From Candidatus Methanoperedens sp. (lineage in GTDB: Archaea > Halobacteriota > Methanosarcinia > Methanosarcinales > Methanoperedenaceae), in the NCBI GenBank assembly GCA_027460535.1, contig JAPZAR010000011.1:150001-182000 (forward strand): a stretch of 32,000 bases of DNA. The letters are read 5' to 3'. Positions 1 through 9,197 of the stretch are shown here, piece by piece. How positions within the stretch are numbered: the stretch's first letter is position 1; the number at the start of each line of letters is the position of its first letter. A model generated the notes under the pieces. That model was not told the DNA's origin and did no database searches. It saw only the letters and a list, made by a program, of their open reading frames with translations. Position numbers and translations under genes: made by a program.

Positions 1-210
1 GAATAATGAGTATAATAATTAATAGATGCATATCATGAAAAATATGGAATGTAATCAGTTCGTCTAAAAATCGGCAGGTGCCAGATAGCTTCTTATGGTG
101 AGGACTCCTTGAGTTACAAGGAGTTTGTAGTGTCAAAAATCAATGTAAAAATCAAGGAAAGGCTCATATATGATTAATGCCCTTTTTCATAAAAAAACCG
201 GGGTGATTTC

Positions 211-1698
211 ATGAAAACAACGAAATCGTTGTGTCCTGAATGCCTTTCTGTGATCGACGCCACAATATTCGAAGAGCATGGAAAAATGATGCTCGAAAAA
301 ACATGCAGCAAGCATGGTTCCTTTAAAGATATTTACTGGTCTGATCCTGAACAGTTCAAAAGGTTTGACCAATACTGGCATGATGGGACCGGAGTTGAAA
401 ACCCGAACGTATCCATCGATGGAAATTGCCCCAAATCATGCGGGTTATGCCCTTCCCACAAAACAACCACCATCCTGGCAAATATAGATGTCACCAACAG
501 ATGCAACCAGACCTGCCCCGTATGCTTCGCGAATGCCGAAGCCGCAGGTTATCTGTACGAACCCTCGCTGGAGCAGATAAGGGCAATGATGCAGATGCTC
601 CGGAATGAGAAACCAGTTCCATGCCCTGCCATCCAGTTCGCAGGAGGCGAACCGACGGTACGCGAGGACATAGTCCAGATAGTAAAGATGGCAACGGAAT
701 TCAAATTCACACAGGTGCAGATGGCAACTAATGGCATTAAAATTGCCAAAAGCCTGAAATTTTGCCAGGATTTAATGGCTGCAGGCTTGCACACGGTCTA
801 TCTGCAATTTGACGGTGTAACCGAAGAGCCGTACAAGATCAACCGGGGGTTCAATGCCCTCCAGATCAAGCTCAAAGCCATAGAGAACTGCAGGGCTGCA
901 GGCCTGAACAGTGTTTCCCTTGTACCCACGCTTGCAAAAGGTGTGAACGATATGCAGGTAGGGGATATAATACGATTTGCGGTCAAGAACGTGGATACCG
1001 TCAAAGGCGTCAATTTCCAGCCCATTTCGTTCGCGGGCAGGATAAATATGAAAGAGAGGATGGAAAAGAGGATAACAATACCTGATCTCTTCAAGCTTAT
1101 CGAAGAACAGACAGACGGGGCCATCGTAGCAAAGGACTTTTATCCCGTTCCTTTCGTTGTGCCGATCTCGCATTTTACTACTGCCCAGGGGGGAATCCCC
1201 AATATAGAGTTCACCGTGCATCCTCACTGCGGCACAGGAACATACATCTATGTCGAGAATGGAAAAATGATACCGATTACACGCTTTATTGATGTGGAAG
1301 GGCTTATTGAACATGTCGAAGAGCTTGCTAATACCGGAGATAACTGGACGGGCAAATCCATCGGCAATATAAAAAGGATGGGCAGTCTGATCTCTGCGCT
1401 GCCTAAGTACATCGACCTGGCGAAAGCCCCGAAGTCAGTGGATGTGAAAAAGCTTTTTGTTGATGTCCTGAAAGAGGGAACGGGGGACGCTATCAAGGAA
1501 TTCCATCGCCACACGCTCTTTTTAGGGGCCATGCATTTCATGGACCTGTATAACATGGATCTTGAAAGAGTAAAACGATGCGGCGTCCACTACGCTACCC
1601 CCGATGGCAGGGTCATCCCGTTCTGCACTTATAACACGATACACAGGGTTGAGGTCGAACGGAAGTTCGCTGTGCCGCTTTTAAGGGCAAGGGTTTAG
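211..1698 (+). CDS. Radical SAM enzyme, COG1964/MJ0619-like (candidate tetraether lipid synthase Tes / GDGT-MAS family)
   Basis: 495-aa ORF. ATG at 211 with GGGGTGA a few nt upstream. Canonical CxxxCxxC motif (NRCNQTCPVCF). N-terminal CPEC...CSKHG Cys/His pair and additional C-terminal Cys (HPHCGTG, RCGVH...FCTY). The family call rests on remembered architecture, not an alignment. Confidence 0.55.
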   Translation: MKTTKSLCPECLSVIDATIFEEHGKMMLEKTCSKHGSFKDIYWSDPEQFKRFDQYWHDGTGVENPNVSIDGNCPKSCGLCPSHKTTTILANIDVTNRCNQTCPVCFANAEAAGYLYEPSLEQIRAMMQMLRNEKPVPCPAIQFAGGEPTVREDIVQIVKMATEFKFTQVQMATNGIKIAKSLKFCQDLMAAGLHTVYLQFDGVTEEPYKINRGFNALQIKLKAIENCRAAGLNSVSLVPTLAKGVNDMQVGDIIRFAVKNVDTVKGVNFQPISFAGRINMKERMEKRITIPDLFKLIEEQTDGAIVAKDFYPVPFVVPISHFTTAQGGIPNIEFTVHPHCGTGTYIYVENGKMIPITRFIDVEGLIEHVEELANTGDNWTGKSIGNIKRMGSLISALPKYIDLAKAPKSVDVKKLFVDVLKEGTGDAIKEFHRHTLFLGAMHFMDLYNMDLERVKRCGVHYATPDGRVIPFCTYNTIHRVEVERKFAVPLLRARV

Positions 1699-1709
1699 AA
1701 ATTGGCGAA

Positions 1710-2747
1710 ATGAAAAGCGCCTCTGGGGAACCGCTCTATCTCTCTAGATATTTTGACGTAATTAGCGATAAACTTCCTTCGCAGTTCATTATCTCCGGGT
1801 CGGTTAAGATTGATTTCAAAAGGGATGCTCCCCTTTCCGAACTCTGGGAATTGCATGACAAAGCGATGATGTCTTATCGCGAGAGATTTGATGAGACCTT
1901 CTCATTGGCCGGACTCGTGCGGGCCCAGCCCTCGCTGCTTGACCTGAAATCCGCCATCGCAGATAGGATCCTTGAGAGCTGCCTTTTCTGCGAGAGGCGG
2001 TGCGGGGCGAACCGCAGAAAAAAAGAGGTGGGATACTGCAGGTGCGAGGCTGTTTCACATTATTCAGCGGAGTTCCTGCACCACGGGGAGGAGCATGAAC
2101 TTGTGCCTTCGCACACGATATTCTTCACGGGCTGCGATTTTTCCTGCGTTTACTGCCAGAACTGGGAGATCTCCACGGCGCCACAGAGCGGGATTTCCAT
2201 ACTGCCCCAGGAGCTTGCGGGAGTTATCACGCTCCGGCGCAAATACGGCTCGCGGAATGTTAATTTCGTGACCCCGACCCCTCATACCCATATAATACTG
2301 AAGATCCTGAACGGCCTGAAGGTCAATATTCCTGTGGTATGGAATTCCAACATGTATTATTCAGAGGAGATAGCACGGCTGCTTGAGGGCGTCGTGGATG
2401 TGTACCTCGGGGATTTCAGATATGGAAATGATGGATGCGCAAAGAAGTATTCAAACGCGCCCGATTATTTGAGAGTTGTGAAAAGGAATTTCAAACTGGC
2501 ATATTCGAATGGTGAGATCCTGCTAAGACAGCTCGTTCTTCCAGGGCATCTTGATTGCTGCACGAAGCCGATAGTGGAGTGGACGAAAGAGAATATCCCG
2601 AAAGTCAGGTTCAACCTGATGTTCCAGTATCGCCCTGAGTACAGGGCTTATGAGTATCCAGAGATAAACCGAAGCCTCACTGCAGAGGAGATGCAGAGGG
2701 CTCTTGACATGGTGAAAGAGGGGGGGCTTGAGGATGTGCTGGTCTAA
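1710..2747 (+). CDS. Radical SAM protein, PflX-like (COG1313, homolog of glycyl-radical activating enzymes)
   Basis: 345-aa ORF starting 11 nt after the upstream stop. Radical SAM motif FTGCDFSCVYCQNWE. Upstream Cys cluster CLFCERRCGANR...GYCRC is typical of the PflX-type N-terminus. Confidence 0.6.
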   Translation: MKSASGEPLYLSRYFDVISDKLPSQFIISGSVKIDFKRDAPLSELWELHDKAMMSYRERFDETFSLAGLVRAQPSLLDLKSAIADRILESCLFCERRCGANRRKKEVGYCRCEAVSHYSAEFLHHGEEHELVPSHTIFFTGCDFSCVYCQNWEISTAPQSGISILPQELAGVITLRRKYGSRNVNFVTPTPHTHIILKILNGLKVNIPVVWNSNMYYSEEIARLLEGVVDVYLGDFRYGNDGCAKKYSNAPDYLRVVKRNFKLAYSNGEILLRQLVLPGHLDCCTKPIVEWTKENIPKVRFNLMFQYRPEYRAYEYPEINRSLTAEEMQRALDMVKEGGLEDVLV

Positions 2748-2803
2748 TTACGGTACCATGTCAAAAATTCACTTCAAGATAAAGAGATTGCAAGAATATA
2801 GCT

Positions 2804-3157
2804 TTATAATTTATGTCTCGCAAGATTGAGTAATATCATGCTCAGAATGATGCCTATCGAAATGGCATAAACAAGAGTATCAGTGCCCAATGCCGTGAAG
2901 CCCATTTTCCAAAGATAAATCATCCCGCCAACCGCTGCTGTAATTATGAATGATAAGATCGCTGATGCTATCGCCCCGCCTAAAAGTGACCAGGGAAAGA
3001 CAGCTCCCCTTTCTTTTTCAAAGTACACAGAGAAAAGCACGAAACTGATAGCGAAAATCAGAAGGATATAATAAGGCTCGAAAGGGAAGGGATCAATATA
3101 GAGAATGTATCTTATACCATACGCCACAGAGATCATGACAAAGGCCATCCCCACCAC
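2804..3157 (-). CDS. Small integral membrane protein (about 4 TM helices), unknown function
   Basis: The 117-aa ORF is almost entirely hydrophobic helices. The ORF-track start at 3157 is GTG; an ATG at 3148 is an alternative start. Confidence 0.5.
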   Translation of the reverse strand: MVGMAFVMISVAYGIRYILYIDPFPFEPYYILLIFAISFVLFSVYFEKERGAVFPWSLLGGAIASAILSFIITAAVGGMIYLWKMGFTALGTDTLVYAISIGIILSMILLNLARHKL

Positions 3158-3314
3158 TATGATAAGGACTTTGACAAAATCGTTGGATTTTAGATCGATA
3201 GTATCCCTCGAGAGAAAAATATAATTAAAAGTATTTAAACATTGGCGTAAGGTTAGAGATTATTGGGTAGAATACGATTTCTATGCTCCGGAACACTAAA
3301 AAGACAAAAGAGTT

Positions 3315-3860
3315 TTATTCCAGAAACACCGCTGCTGCAAACACCGTTGTCCACAACCCGTCCTTGTCGCCTTCCGCAGATTGGCATATGTTGGTCGTCC
3401 TGAATATGTGGCCGCTGGCTTTGTATATCTGCTTCCTTTCATCCCATGCCTGGCCTATGTCAAACTCGATGCCCATTGTTGTCGCGAGCATCGTAGCTGC
3501 AAGGTCTTCTGCATGTTCCCCCGCCTTTTTGGCCACCTCACCGAAGGAATGATGCTCGGATAAATAACCATAGATACTAGTATCTTTTGGAACGGCTATC
3601 CCGACAGCTGCGGAGATCAATCGGTTGGGCTCGTTGGTCTCGTTCCTGGCAAATACACAGAAGATTATCTGGCCCGGATTCAAAAGCTTCAGGCCCTCGT
3701 CTTTCGATATTATCTTGCAGTATGGGGGCAGGATACTCGAAACGGGAACAAGGTTGCATTTCTCTATACCGGCCATTCTTAAAGCAAGCTCAAATGAGGC
3801 GAGTTTGTCTTTATGTATGCCTACCCCTTTTGTCAAAAATACTTTTTTTGGTATGTACAT
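3315..3860 (-). CDS. pdaD: Pyruvoyl-dependent arginine decarboxylase
   Basis: 181 aa with an ATG start. N-terminus [14 protein letters not shown] and the self-cleavage region [10 protein letters not shown] match the PdaD family. Confidence 0.85.
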   Translation of the reverse strand: MYIPKKVFLTKGVGIHKDKLASFELALRMAGIEKCNLVPVSSILPPYCKIISKDEGLKLLNPGQIIFCVFARNETNEPNRLISAAVGIAVPKDTSIYGYLSEHHSFGEVAKKAGEHAEDLAATMLATTMGIEFDIGQAWDERKQIYKASGHIFRTTNICQSAEGDKDGLWTTVFAAAVFLE

Positions 3861-3911
3861 GAATCATTCACTCCCTTTGCCTCAATAACAGGTGACGCGA
3901 ATACATATCTG

Positions 3912-4868
3912 TTATGGGTAGTCTGATAAAGTTGAATTAAGGCTATTATCACCTTTTATATCTTTTACCCATTTATCGGATTCCACTTTTGTATAACCCA
4001 GGAACGCAGCGCTTCTATCATGGCTCCGGAACCTGGCTTCTGCTACTTTTTTGTTGGTGTTCGCATAGCAGTAGATGCATCCATGCGGACATGTATCATA
4101 AGCGCCGATATCCACGCTTTCGGTGCAGCCGCATTCTTTTCTTGTGGGCCTTTCACCGTACCTGAAACCATCCTCATAGAACAGTTCTTCTATTAGCTTC
4201 CCATCGACACAGTGCGCTTTTGCAATCTTGTGACCGAGAAGATAATCGCCGCAGCAACTGAACATTGTGATGCCATGCCTTGCCGCGATATCCGCAAACT
4301 CATTTGCGAGTTTGATCCTTGAACTGTTATCCGGATCAGTGACATTTATTCCACTCTCGCTCCGTAATTTTTCGAAATTTCTTTTTACTTTTCCATAACG
4401 GAATACATAACTGATGATACAGCGCTCAACATGACCTTCCAGCACGGAAGCGATGTTCTCAAAATTCCTGATATGGAAATCGTAATCGGTAATTTCTGAA
4501 ATGATAATGGGATCGTATCTCCAGTTGATATGCTTCGTCGAATATGAATTGCTCAACTCTTTCAGGGCTTCGATGGCGATCTCTTTTTCGTTGCATTCAA
4601 AGATCTTTGGCAAACCTGTGATCGTGTAATTGAAATAGAATTTGTAACCCAGGTCTTCGATTACCTTCAGTTTTTCAATGAAAGGTTTGAAATTCTTTGA
4701 CCAGAAAACAAAGCAGGACACGTCCTCAGGCTTCAATGATACGGTGTATTTCTGTCCCCCGAACGGGTTCACGTAGCCTGCAAAGCCTTCTTTCAGCCTG
4801 TTCATGAACCAGTCGCCGTAGAATGCAGGTATGTCGGTGCGGCGGGAAACAGATATGATGCGGGGCAT
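3912..4868 (-). CDS. DUF1848 domain protein (putative Fe-S protein, function unknown)
   Basis: 318 aa. N-terminus MPRIISVSRRTDIPAFYGDWF and the C-terminal Cys cluster CGCTESVDIGAYDTCPHGCIYCYAN are characteristic of DUF1848. Confidence 0.7.
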   Translation of the reverse strand: MPRIISVSRRTDIPAFYGDWFMNRLKEGFAGYVNPFGGQKYTVSLKPEDVSCFVFWSKNFKPFIEKLKVIEDLGYKFYFNYTITGLPKIFECNEKEIAIEALKELSNSYSTKHINWRYDPIIISEITDYDFHIRNFENIASVLEGHVERCIISYVFRYGKVKRNFEKLRSESGINVTDPDNSSRIKLANEFADIAARHGITMFSCCGDYLLGHKIAKAHCVDGKLIEELFYEDGFRYGERPTRKECGCTESVDIGAYDTCPHGCIYCYANTNKKVAEARFRSHDRSAAFLGYTKVESDKWVKDIKGDNSLNSTLSDYP

Positions 4869-4895
4869 TTTTAAGTGAGAATAAGATATCCGGGG

Positions 4896-5141
4896 TTAAA
4901 GAAATTTTGAAAACTCATCATCGCTAACTTTTGCCAATTTCAGGACTCCTTTCAATGTTCCTATTTTCAACTCATCATGGATAGGGACAACAGTACCAAT
5001 TTTTCCTTCAGATGTTTCTTTTGATAACCTAACATGACTGCCTGTTCTCCCACTGATTTTAAAACCCATTTTATTGCAGAGAATTTTGATGACTTTTTCT
5101 CCTGAAACCACTCTAAGCTTTGGCGCCAACGGCAACCTCAA
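4896..5141 (-). CDS. hicA: HicA-family toxin (mRNA interferase)
   Basis: 81 aa. KLRVVSGEKVIKIL...GF...GSHVRL...VPIHDELKIGTLKGVLK matches the HicA pattern. The ORF-track start is TTG and overlaps the hicB 3' end by 29 nt, so the exact start is uncertain. Confidence 0.75.
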   Translation of the reverse strand: MRLPLAPKLRVVSGEKVIKILCNKMGFKISGRTGSHVRLSKETSEGKIGTVVPIHDELKIGTLKGVLKLAKVSDDEFSKFL

Positions 5142-5334
5142 ATGTTGTCATCAGAGTTTTACTCATTTCTTTTAGTGGAAACTCTTCAAGATAGAGTTCA
5201 GTAGCTTCTTTAAGACTGTTCAAAGCTTCATCGATAGTTTTTCCTTGGCTAACAGTGCCTACTTCGGGGCACTCAGCAACATACATATCTTCTTCTTTAT
5301 GGAGAATTGCAGTAAAAGTACTCATTTTTGTCAT
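5113..5334 (-). CDS. hicB: HicB-family antitoxin (UPF0150-type)
   Basis: 73 aa. FTAILHKEEDMYVAECPEVGTVSQGKTIDEALNSLKEATELYLEE is the typical HicB N-domain signature. It lies immediately upstream of hicA. Confidence 0.75.
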   Translation of the reverse strand: MTKMSTFTAILHKEEDMYVAECPEVGTVSQGKTIDEALNSLKEATELYLEEFPLKEMSKTLMTTFEVAVGAKA

Positions 5335-5423
5335 AATGATTTAGAATGTACAGTATATTACTTAAACCTGTATCCGGAAATGATTCCCCTAATTAATAAT
5401 AAAAAAGGGCACCCCGTGCCCTC

Positions 5424-5993
5424 TCACTTCATCTTCACCGACTCCAGAGCCATCCCCACCACCTCGCGATACTGCTCCACATTCGTAGCATAATGCTCCC
5501 TCGCCTTCACAGCATCCGGCTCCGTGCCCTGCAATTTCGCAAGGCGCGCCAGGGTGTGCTTGGCTGCATCAGCCACCCATCTGTCGCGTGTGGCGCCGTC
5601 CACTATCTGAAGGGATTCTGCCCTGATGGAGGTCAGGACATTCCCTTCTTTTGTGGTGTATGTGGTTGGTTTTCCTATCACAGCGATGAACTCCGGCGGC
5701 GCTGTCCTGGCAAGCACCTGCGCAGCTTCGGGCTGGTACTGACCCGCGGTCACGAAGAACGCACCCGTGGGATCAACGATGCGCCCGCGCCAGAATTCGT
5801 TGTCTGTGCCCACATCTTCCTTCTCCGTGAGCGTGCCCACGATGAATACGCGGTTACATTTTGCGCCCGTGGGCGTGAGGAGATACTGCGGTGAATACTG
5901 ATCCTGCCCCTCACGTGCCTGGAGATTTGAATCCTTGAACTCGAATGCGAATATGCGATGCGCTACTTCACGAACAAATCCACTGTCTGCCAT
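5424..5993 (-). CDS. RPA-associated protein (Rpap, COG3390-like OB-fold protein)
   Basis: 189 aa starting 3 nt after the stop of the upstream RPA gene. The N-terminus REVAHRIFAFEFKDS resembles euryarchaeal Rpap proteins encoded in rpa-rpap operons. Confidence 0.6.
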   Translation of the reverse strand: MADSGFVREVAHRIFAFEFKDSNLQAREGQDQYSPQYLLTPTGAKCNRVFIVGTLTEKEDVGTDNEFWRGRIVDPTGAFFVTAGQYQPEAAQVLARTAPPEFIAVIGKPTTYTTKEGNVLTSIRAESLQIVDGATRDRWVADAAKHTLARLAKLQGTEPDAVKAREHYATNVEQYREVVGMALESVKMK

Positions 5994-5996
5994 GAT

Positions 5997-6932
5997 TTAC
6001 GCCTCCTGTGCCACTGGTGAAGCGCTAAGCAACCTGTTTATCTCTTCTTCAATCGGCCTTGCATCCTGCTTTATCGAATCCACGAGGATGAACCTGTCAA
6101 GCTTCGCTCCCTGTACCACAAAATACCTGCCCACGAGCTTGCTCTTTATCATATCAAGCACAACAGCCTGGTCAAGTGCTTCCGTAGCCATCTCCCTGGC
6201 TTTTTCAAGGGTAATGCCAATCAGAGCTTCTGTAATTTCCCTGTTGAGCAGGATATCTTGCACCCGCTCGCCGTCATCCATGACAGCTTTCACTCGCAGG
6301 TCGTATGTACCTTCCACCTTGCCATGTTCGCCGCATGCACCTTTCACCAGCGCCCTGTTGCATTCAGGGCAGCGCTTTATCAATCCAGAACCACTCTGGA
6401 TATCCACGATCGCGCCTGTGAATTCGGTAAGTGTTGAGCCTACTTCGATATCTTCTTTTATCGGGACGATCTCGCTTGTCTTGTTGAGCTTTACGCTGAA
6501 CTGCCCCTGCCACTCGGAGGTTGTGACATTTTTGAAGAGGTAACTTTTACCCTCTTCTACCTGAGGCAGATTTGCCTTCGTCCACTTTGTGAACTTTATA
6601 GTTCCTGACTCATCTCCCAGCAGTCCCACCTGCGAAATGGATTCGTGGTTTGTCTCCCACAGCTGCACGACTTTGCCACGCAGTGTTACCCACTTCCCAT
6701 CCTCTTTGATATCGGATGCCTTAACCTGGGGTGTCTCGCGCTGTGTAAAGAATTCCGTCTTCGGGATATTATGCTGTTTTAGAAAATAGTTGATGACGTT
6801 CCGGCGCGCTTCTTCTGGAGGGACCTTGTATTTATTTATCAGCTGGTCCAATCTTGTTTCGATTTCGCTTGGCTGTACTTTAACGCCCAGTTCTGAGAAT
6901 CGGGCTTCTATCTTTGCTGCTATTTCACTCAT
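5997..6932 (-). CDS. rpa: Replication protein A (single-stranded DNA-binding, OB fold plus zinc finger)
   Basis: 311 aa. OB-like segment VTLRGKVVQLWE...GLLGDESGTIKFTKW and zinc-finger CPECNRALVKGACGEHG. Confidence 0.75.
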   Translation of the reverse strand: MSEIAAKIEARFSELGVKVQPSEIETRLDQLINKYKVPPEEARRNVINYFLKQHNIPKTEFFTQRETPQVKASDIKEDGKWVTLRGKVVQLWETNHESISQVGLLGDESGTIKFTKWTKANLPQVEEGKSYLFKNVTTSEWQGQFSVKLNKTSEIVPIKEDIEVGSTLTEFTGAIVDIQSGSGLIKRCPECNRALVKGACGEHGKVEGTYDLRVKAVMDDGERVQDILLNREITEALIGITLEKAREMATEALDQAVVLDMIKSKLVGRYFVVQGAKLDRFILVDSIKQDARPIEEEINRLLSASPVAQEA

Positions 6933-7126
6933 ATTTTCCTCAAGCCTCTTGTTTGATTTTTAATTGAGAGGCAAATCACACTTTCATCTGTGGATACATA
7001 AAGCTTCCCGGAGCGGGGTGAAACTATTCATGAACCTGATGGTTCATAGATACTGTATGAAAAAATTCAATTTTCATAGGAAGTAATATTACCAAAAATA
7101 GATAAGAGAAGCTCTTCATGAAATAG

Positions 7127-7903
7127 ATGAAAATGAACCAGGATTATCATAACATAAGAGATAAGATCGTCGCTTTCATAAGCTCCAAAGTCTCGGAAGC
7201 CGGCACCAGCGGCGCAGTCATCGGACTGAGCGGAGGTATTGACTCAACCCTGACCGCGTATCTTGCGGTGGAAGCGCTTGGCCGTGAAAATGTGCTCGGG
7301 CTGCTTCTTCCTGAGAAGGGTATTACTTCTGACCTGGATATCGATGATGCAAAAGAGATCGCAGACATCCTGGGAATCGATCATAAGCTCATTGAGATCT
7401 CAGAGATCCTGGCCTCTTACTCGAAGGTCCTGCCCGATTTCGATGAAAAAAATCTAACTGCGAACGGGAATCTGAAGGCACGCATTCGCATGTGCATCCT
7501 CTATTACCATGCCAATCTGATGCACCGGATGGTCGCAGGAACAGGGAATAAGACAGAACTGCTGCTTGGATATTTCACGAAATACGGCGACGGCGGGGTT
7601 GACATAGAGCCGATAGGAGGTCTCTATAAAACCCAGGTTCGGGGGCTTGCGCGTTATATGGGGGTGCCTGCCCATATAATAGACAAAACACCCACTGCAG
7701 GGCTGTGGCCAGGGCAGACAGATGAGGGTGAGCTCGGAGTTTCCTATGAAGTCGCTGACCTGATCCTCTCAAAACTTGTGGATGAAAAACAGAATGTCGC
7801 TGATCTCAGGAAAATTTTTCCCGCTTCCCATGTGGACAGGTTAGTTGCGCTGTCTCGAATTAATCAGCATAAGCGGATGCCTCCACAGGCATTTGAAATC
7901 TGA
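7127..7903 (+). CDS. nadE: NH3-dependent NAD+ synthetase
   Basis: 258 aa. PP-loop motif GLSGGIDS. The pattern YFTKYGDGG...P..GLYKTQVR is typical of NadE. Confidence 0.9.
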   Translation: MKMNQDYHNIRDKIVAFISSKVSEAGTSGAVIGLSGGIDSTLTAYLAVEALGRENVLGLLLPEKGITSDLDIDDAKEIADILGIDHKLIEISEILASYSKVLPDFDEKNLTANGNLKARIRMCILYYHANLMHRMVAGTGNKTELLLGYFTKYGDGGVDIEPIGGLYKTQVRGLARYMGVPAHIIDKTPTAGLWPGQTDEGELGVSYEVADLILSKLVDEKQNVADLRKIFPASHVDRLVALSRINQHKRMPPQAFEI

Positions 7904-9122
7904 AAAGTGGTTTTGCAAGGTGCCTTCGGGCGCTCGGCGGAACCTCGTAGAATCCGGGTGCAAGGTCTCTATGCAATGTCTCCATGACCTGTTCTCTTTT
8001 TGTTGCCCCGCATTTCTCGCACCTGTAACCCTGCTCCCTTCCCATGGATTTCATTCTTTTGCCGCAGCAGAGCGGGTTACGCGCTTCATGCAAATTCAAC
8101 TCTTTGACCTTTATCTTCTCAAGGTTCATAGTCCCACCTCTCACGCTTCCGCAGGCGGTTATCTCATCCCCGATATGGAGCTGTGTGATAATCTTTCGGA
8201 ACCCTTTTGTAGGCTCAAAAGCGGCGCATTCCAGGCTGTGGTCGTCCGTCATTTCAAAGATTACATGGCCCCCTTTAATTGTTCTTGGAGTTTTGCTTAC
8301 CCTTCCTTCTATGATGTACGATCTCTCATCCATAACTTCGCATATTTTTGCATGGATCAGGTGCATATCCGTATTCTGGTTGGTCATGTAAATGACATGT
8401 CTTTCCACAGGCTCGCTTTTTACCAATGAAAATGCATTCTTCACTGCGTTTTCACTTTTTCCACGAATGCCAAATAGGATGGGGTCAGGCGAGTGGGGCG
8501 CGAACACGATACGCCTGTTGTCCCGGTCAACAGTGTCCCATGTATCCGGGGTGGTCGATGCTGCCCAAACAGAATCTTCATTTATGACCCTGGGCGTACC
8601 CCATCTGTTTTTCTCCCTGTAAGCGATCAGCTCGTATGTATGATCGGGAAGACCACATAGCGCAAAACCTGCAGCTGCAAGTGCTCCGATGAGACCTCTT
8701 TCATTCTTAAATCCTTTATGACTTATATCATAGCGAGCAAGTAATTCCTTCGCCTCATTGATTTCCAGCACATCCTGCACCGCACGCAGGGAAAACCGAG
8801 CAAGTTCGTCCTGCATCTTTTCTGAGGTCCCTTCGATGAAAACCACACCTGGATTCGTATTCTCATCCGAAAAAACAGCCATATTGTTAACAGTTTCAAT
8901 GACTAACTCCTTGACCCGCACAGCATCTTCATTGCTGTTCATTTCAAGAGGGAGTGCAAGGGCTGCGTTCCCCCGTGTTTTATATCTTATATTCGGGTTT
9001 AGACGCACCAACAATGGACTTTCTACCGATCCATATTTTTGGAGTCTCTCGATAAGCACGGCTGCAATATATGTCGTGCACATTCCTTCTTTTGAATCCG
9101 TATCATCGAGACCGATAATCAT
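7860..9122 (-). CDS. tiaS: tRNA(Ile2) 2-agmatinylcytidine synthetase
   Basis: 420 aa. N-terminus MIIGLDDTDSKEGMCTTY and C-terminal zinc ribbon CCGKRMKSMG...YRCEKCG match TiaS architecture. Confidence 0.85.
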   Translation of the reverse strand: MIIGLDDTDSKEGMCTTYIAAVLIERLQKYGSVESPLLVRLNPNIRYKTRGNAALALPLEMNSNEDAVRVKELVIETVNNMAVFSDENTNPGVVFIEGTSEKMQDELARFSLRAVQDVLEINEAKELLARYDISHKGFKNERGLIGALAAAGFALCGLPDHTYELIAYREKNRWGTPRVINEDSVWAASTTPDTWDTVDRDNRRIVFAPHSPDPILFGIRGKSENAVKNAFSLVKSEPVERHVIYMTNQNTDMHLIHAKICEVMDERSYIIEGRVSKTPRTIKGGHVIFEMTDDHSLECAAFEPTKGFRKIITQLHIGDEITACGSVRGGTMNLEKIKVKELNLHEARNPLCCGKRMKSMGREQGYRCEKCGATKREQVMETLHRDLAPGFYEVPPSARRHLAKPLFRFQMPVEASAYAD

Positions 9123-9197
9123 GAATCGCTAATCTCTATGCCTTGGATAATAAATCTTGGCAACTGTTTATATAGACGTAGAAACAATCAAATTTTG

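Noticed and set aside
5935-6543. 202-aa plus-strand ORF antisense to the RPA gene. Similar long shadow ORFs lie at 772-1314, 10333-10944, 17001-17576, 23317-23949, 25498-26145 and 29587-30207.
   Set aside because: Each lies entirely within, and opposite to or out of frame with, a gene that has strong family motifs. Their sequences are low-complexity (Ser/Arg/Pro-rich) and have no start signals.
7030-7047. 7-bp inverted repeat (ATGAACC-tgat-GGTTCAT) in the rpa/nadE divergent promoter region
   Set aside because: It is short and isolated. It could be an operator but is not distinguishable from chance without conservation data.
7860-7903. 44-nt convergent 3' overlap of nadE and tiaS. Smaller convergent overlaps occur at 18942-18947 and 31169-31188.
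   Set aside because: This is probably ordinary gene packing in a compact archaeal genome. Both C-termini look like natural low-conservation tails, and nothing suggests a functional antisense element.
9138-9197. N-terminal extensions implied by the ORF-track starts (9138, 11855, 16208, 23201, 30443, 30756)
   Set aside because: These upstream starts are mostly TTG/GTG, overlap neighbouring genes, or lack an SD. Internal ATGs with SD or TATA signals and family-typical N-termini were preferred.
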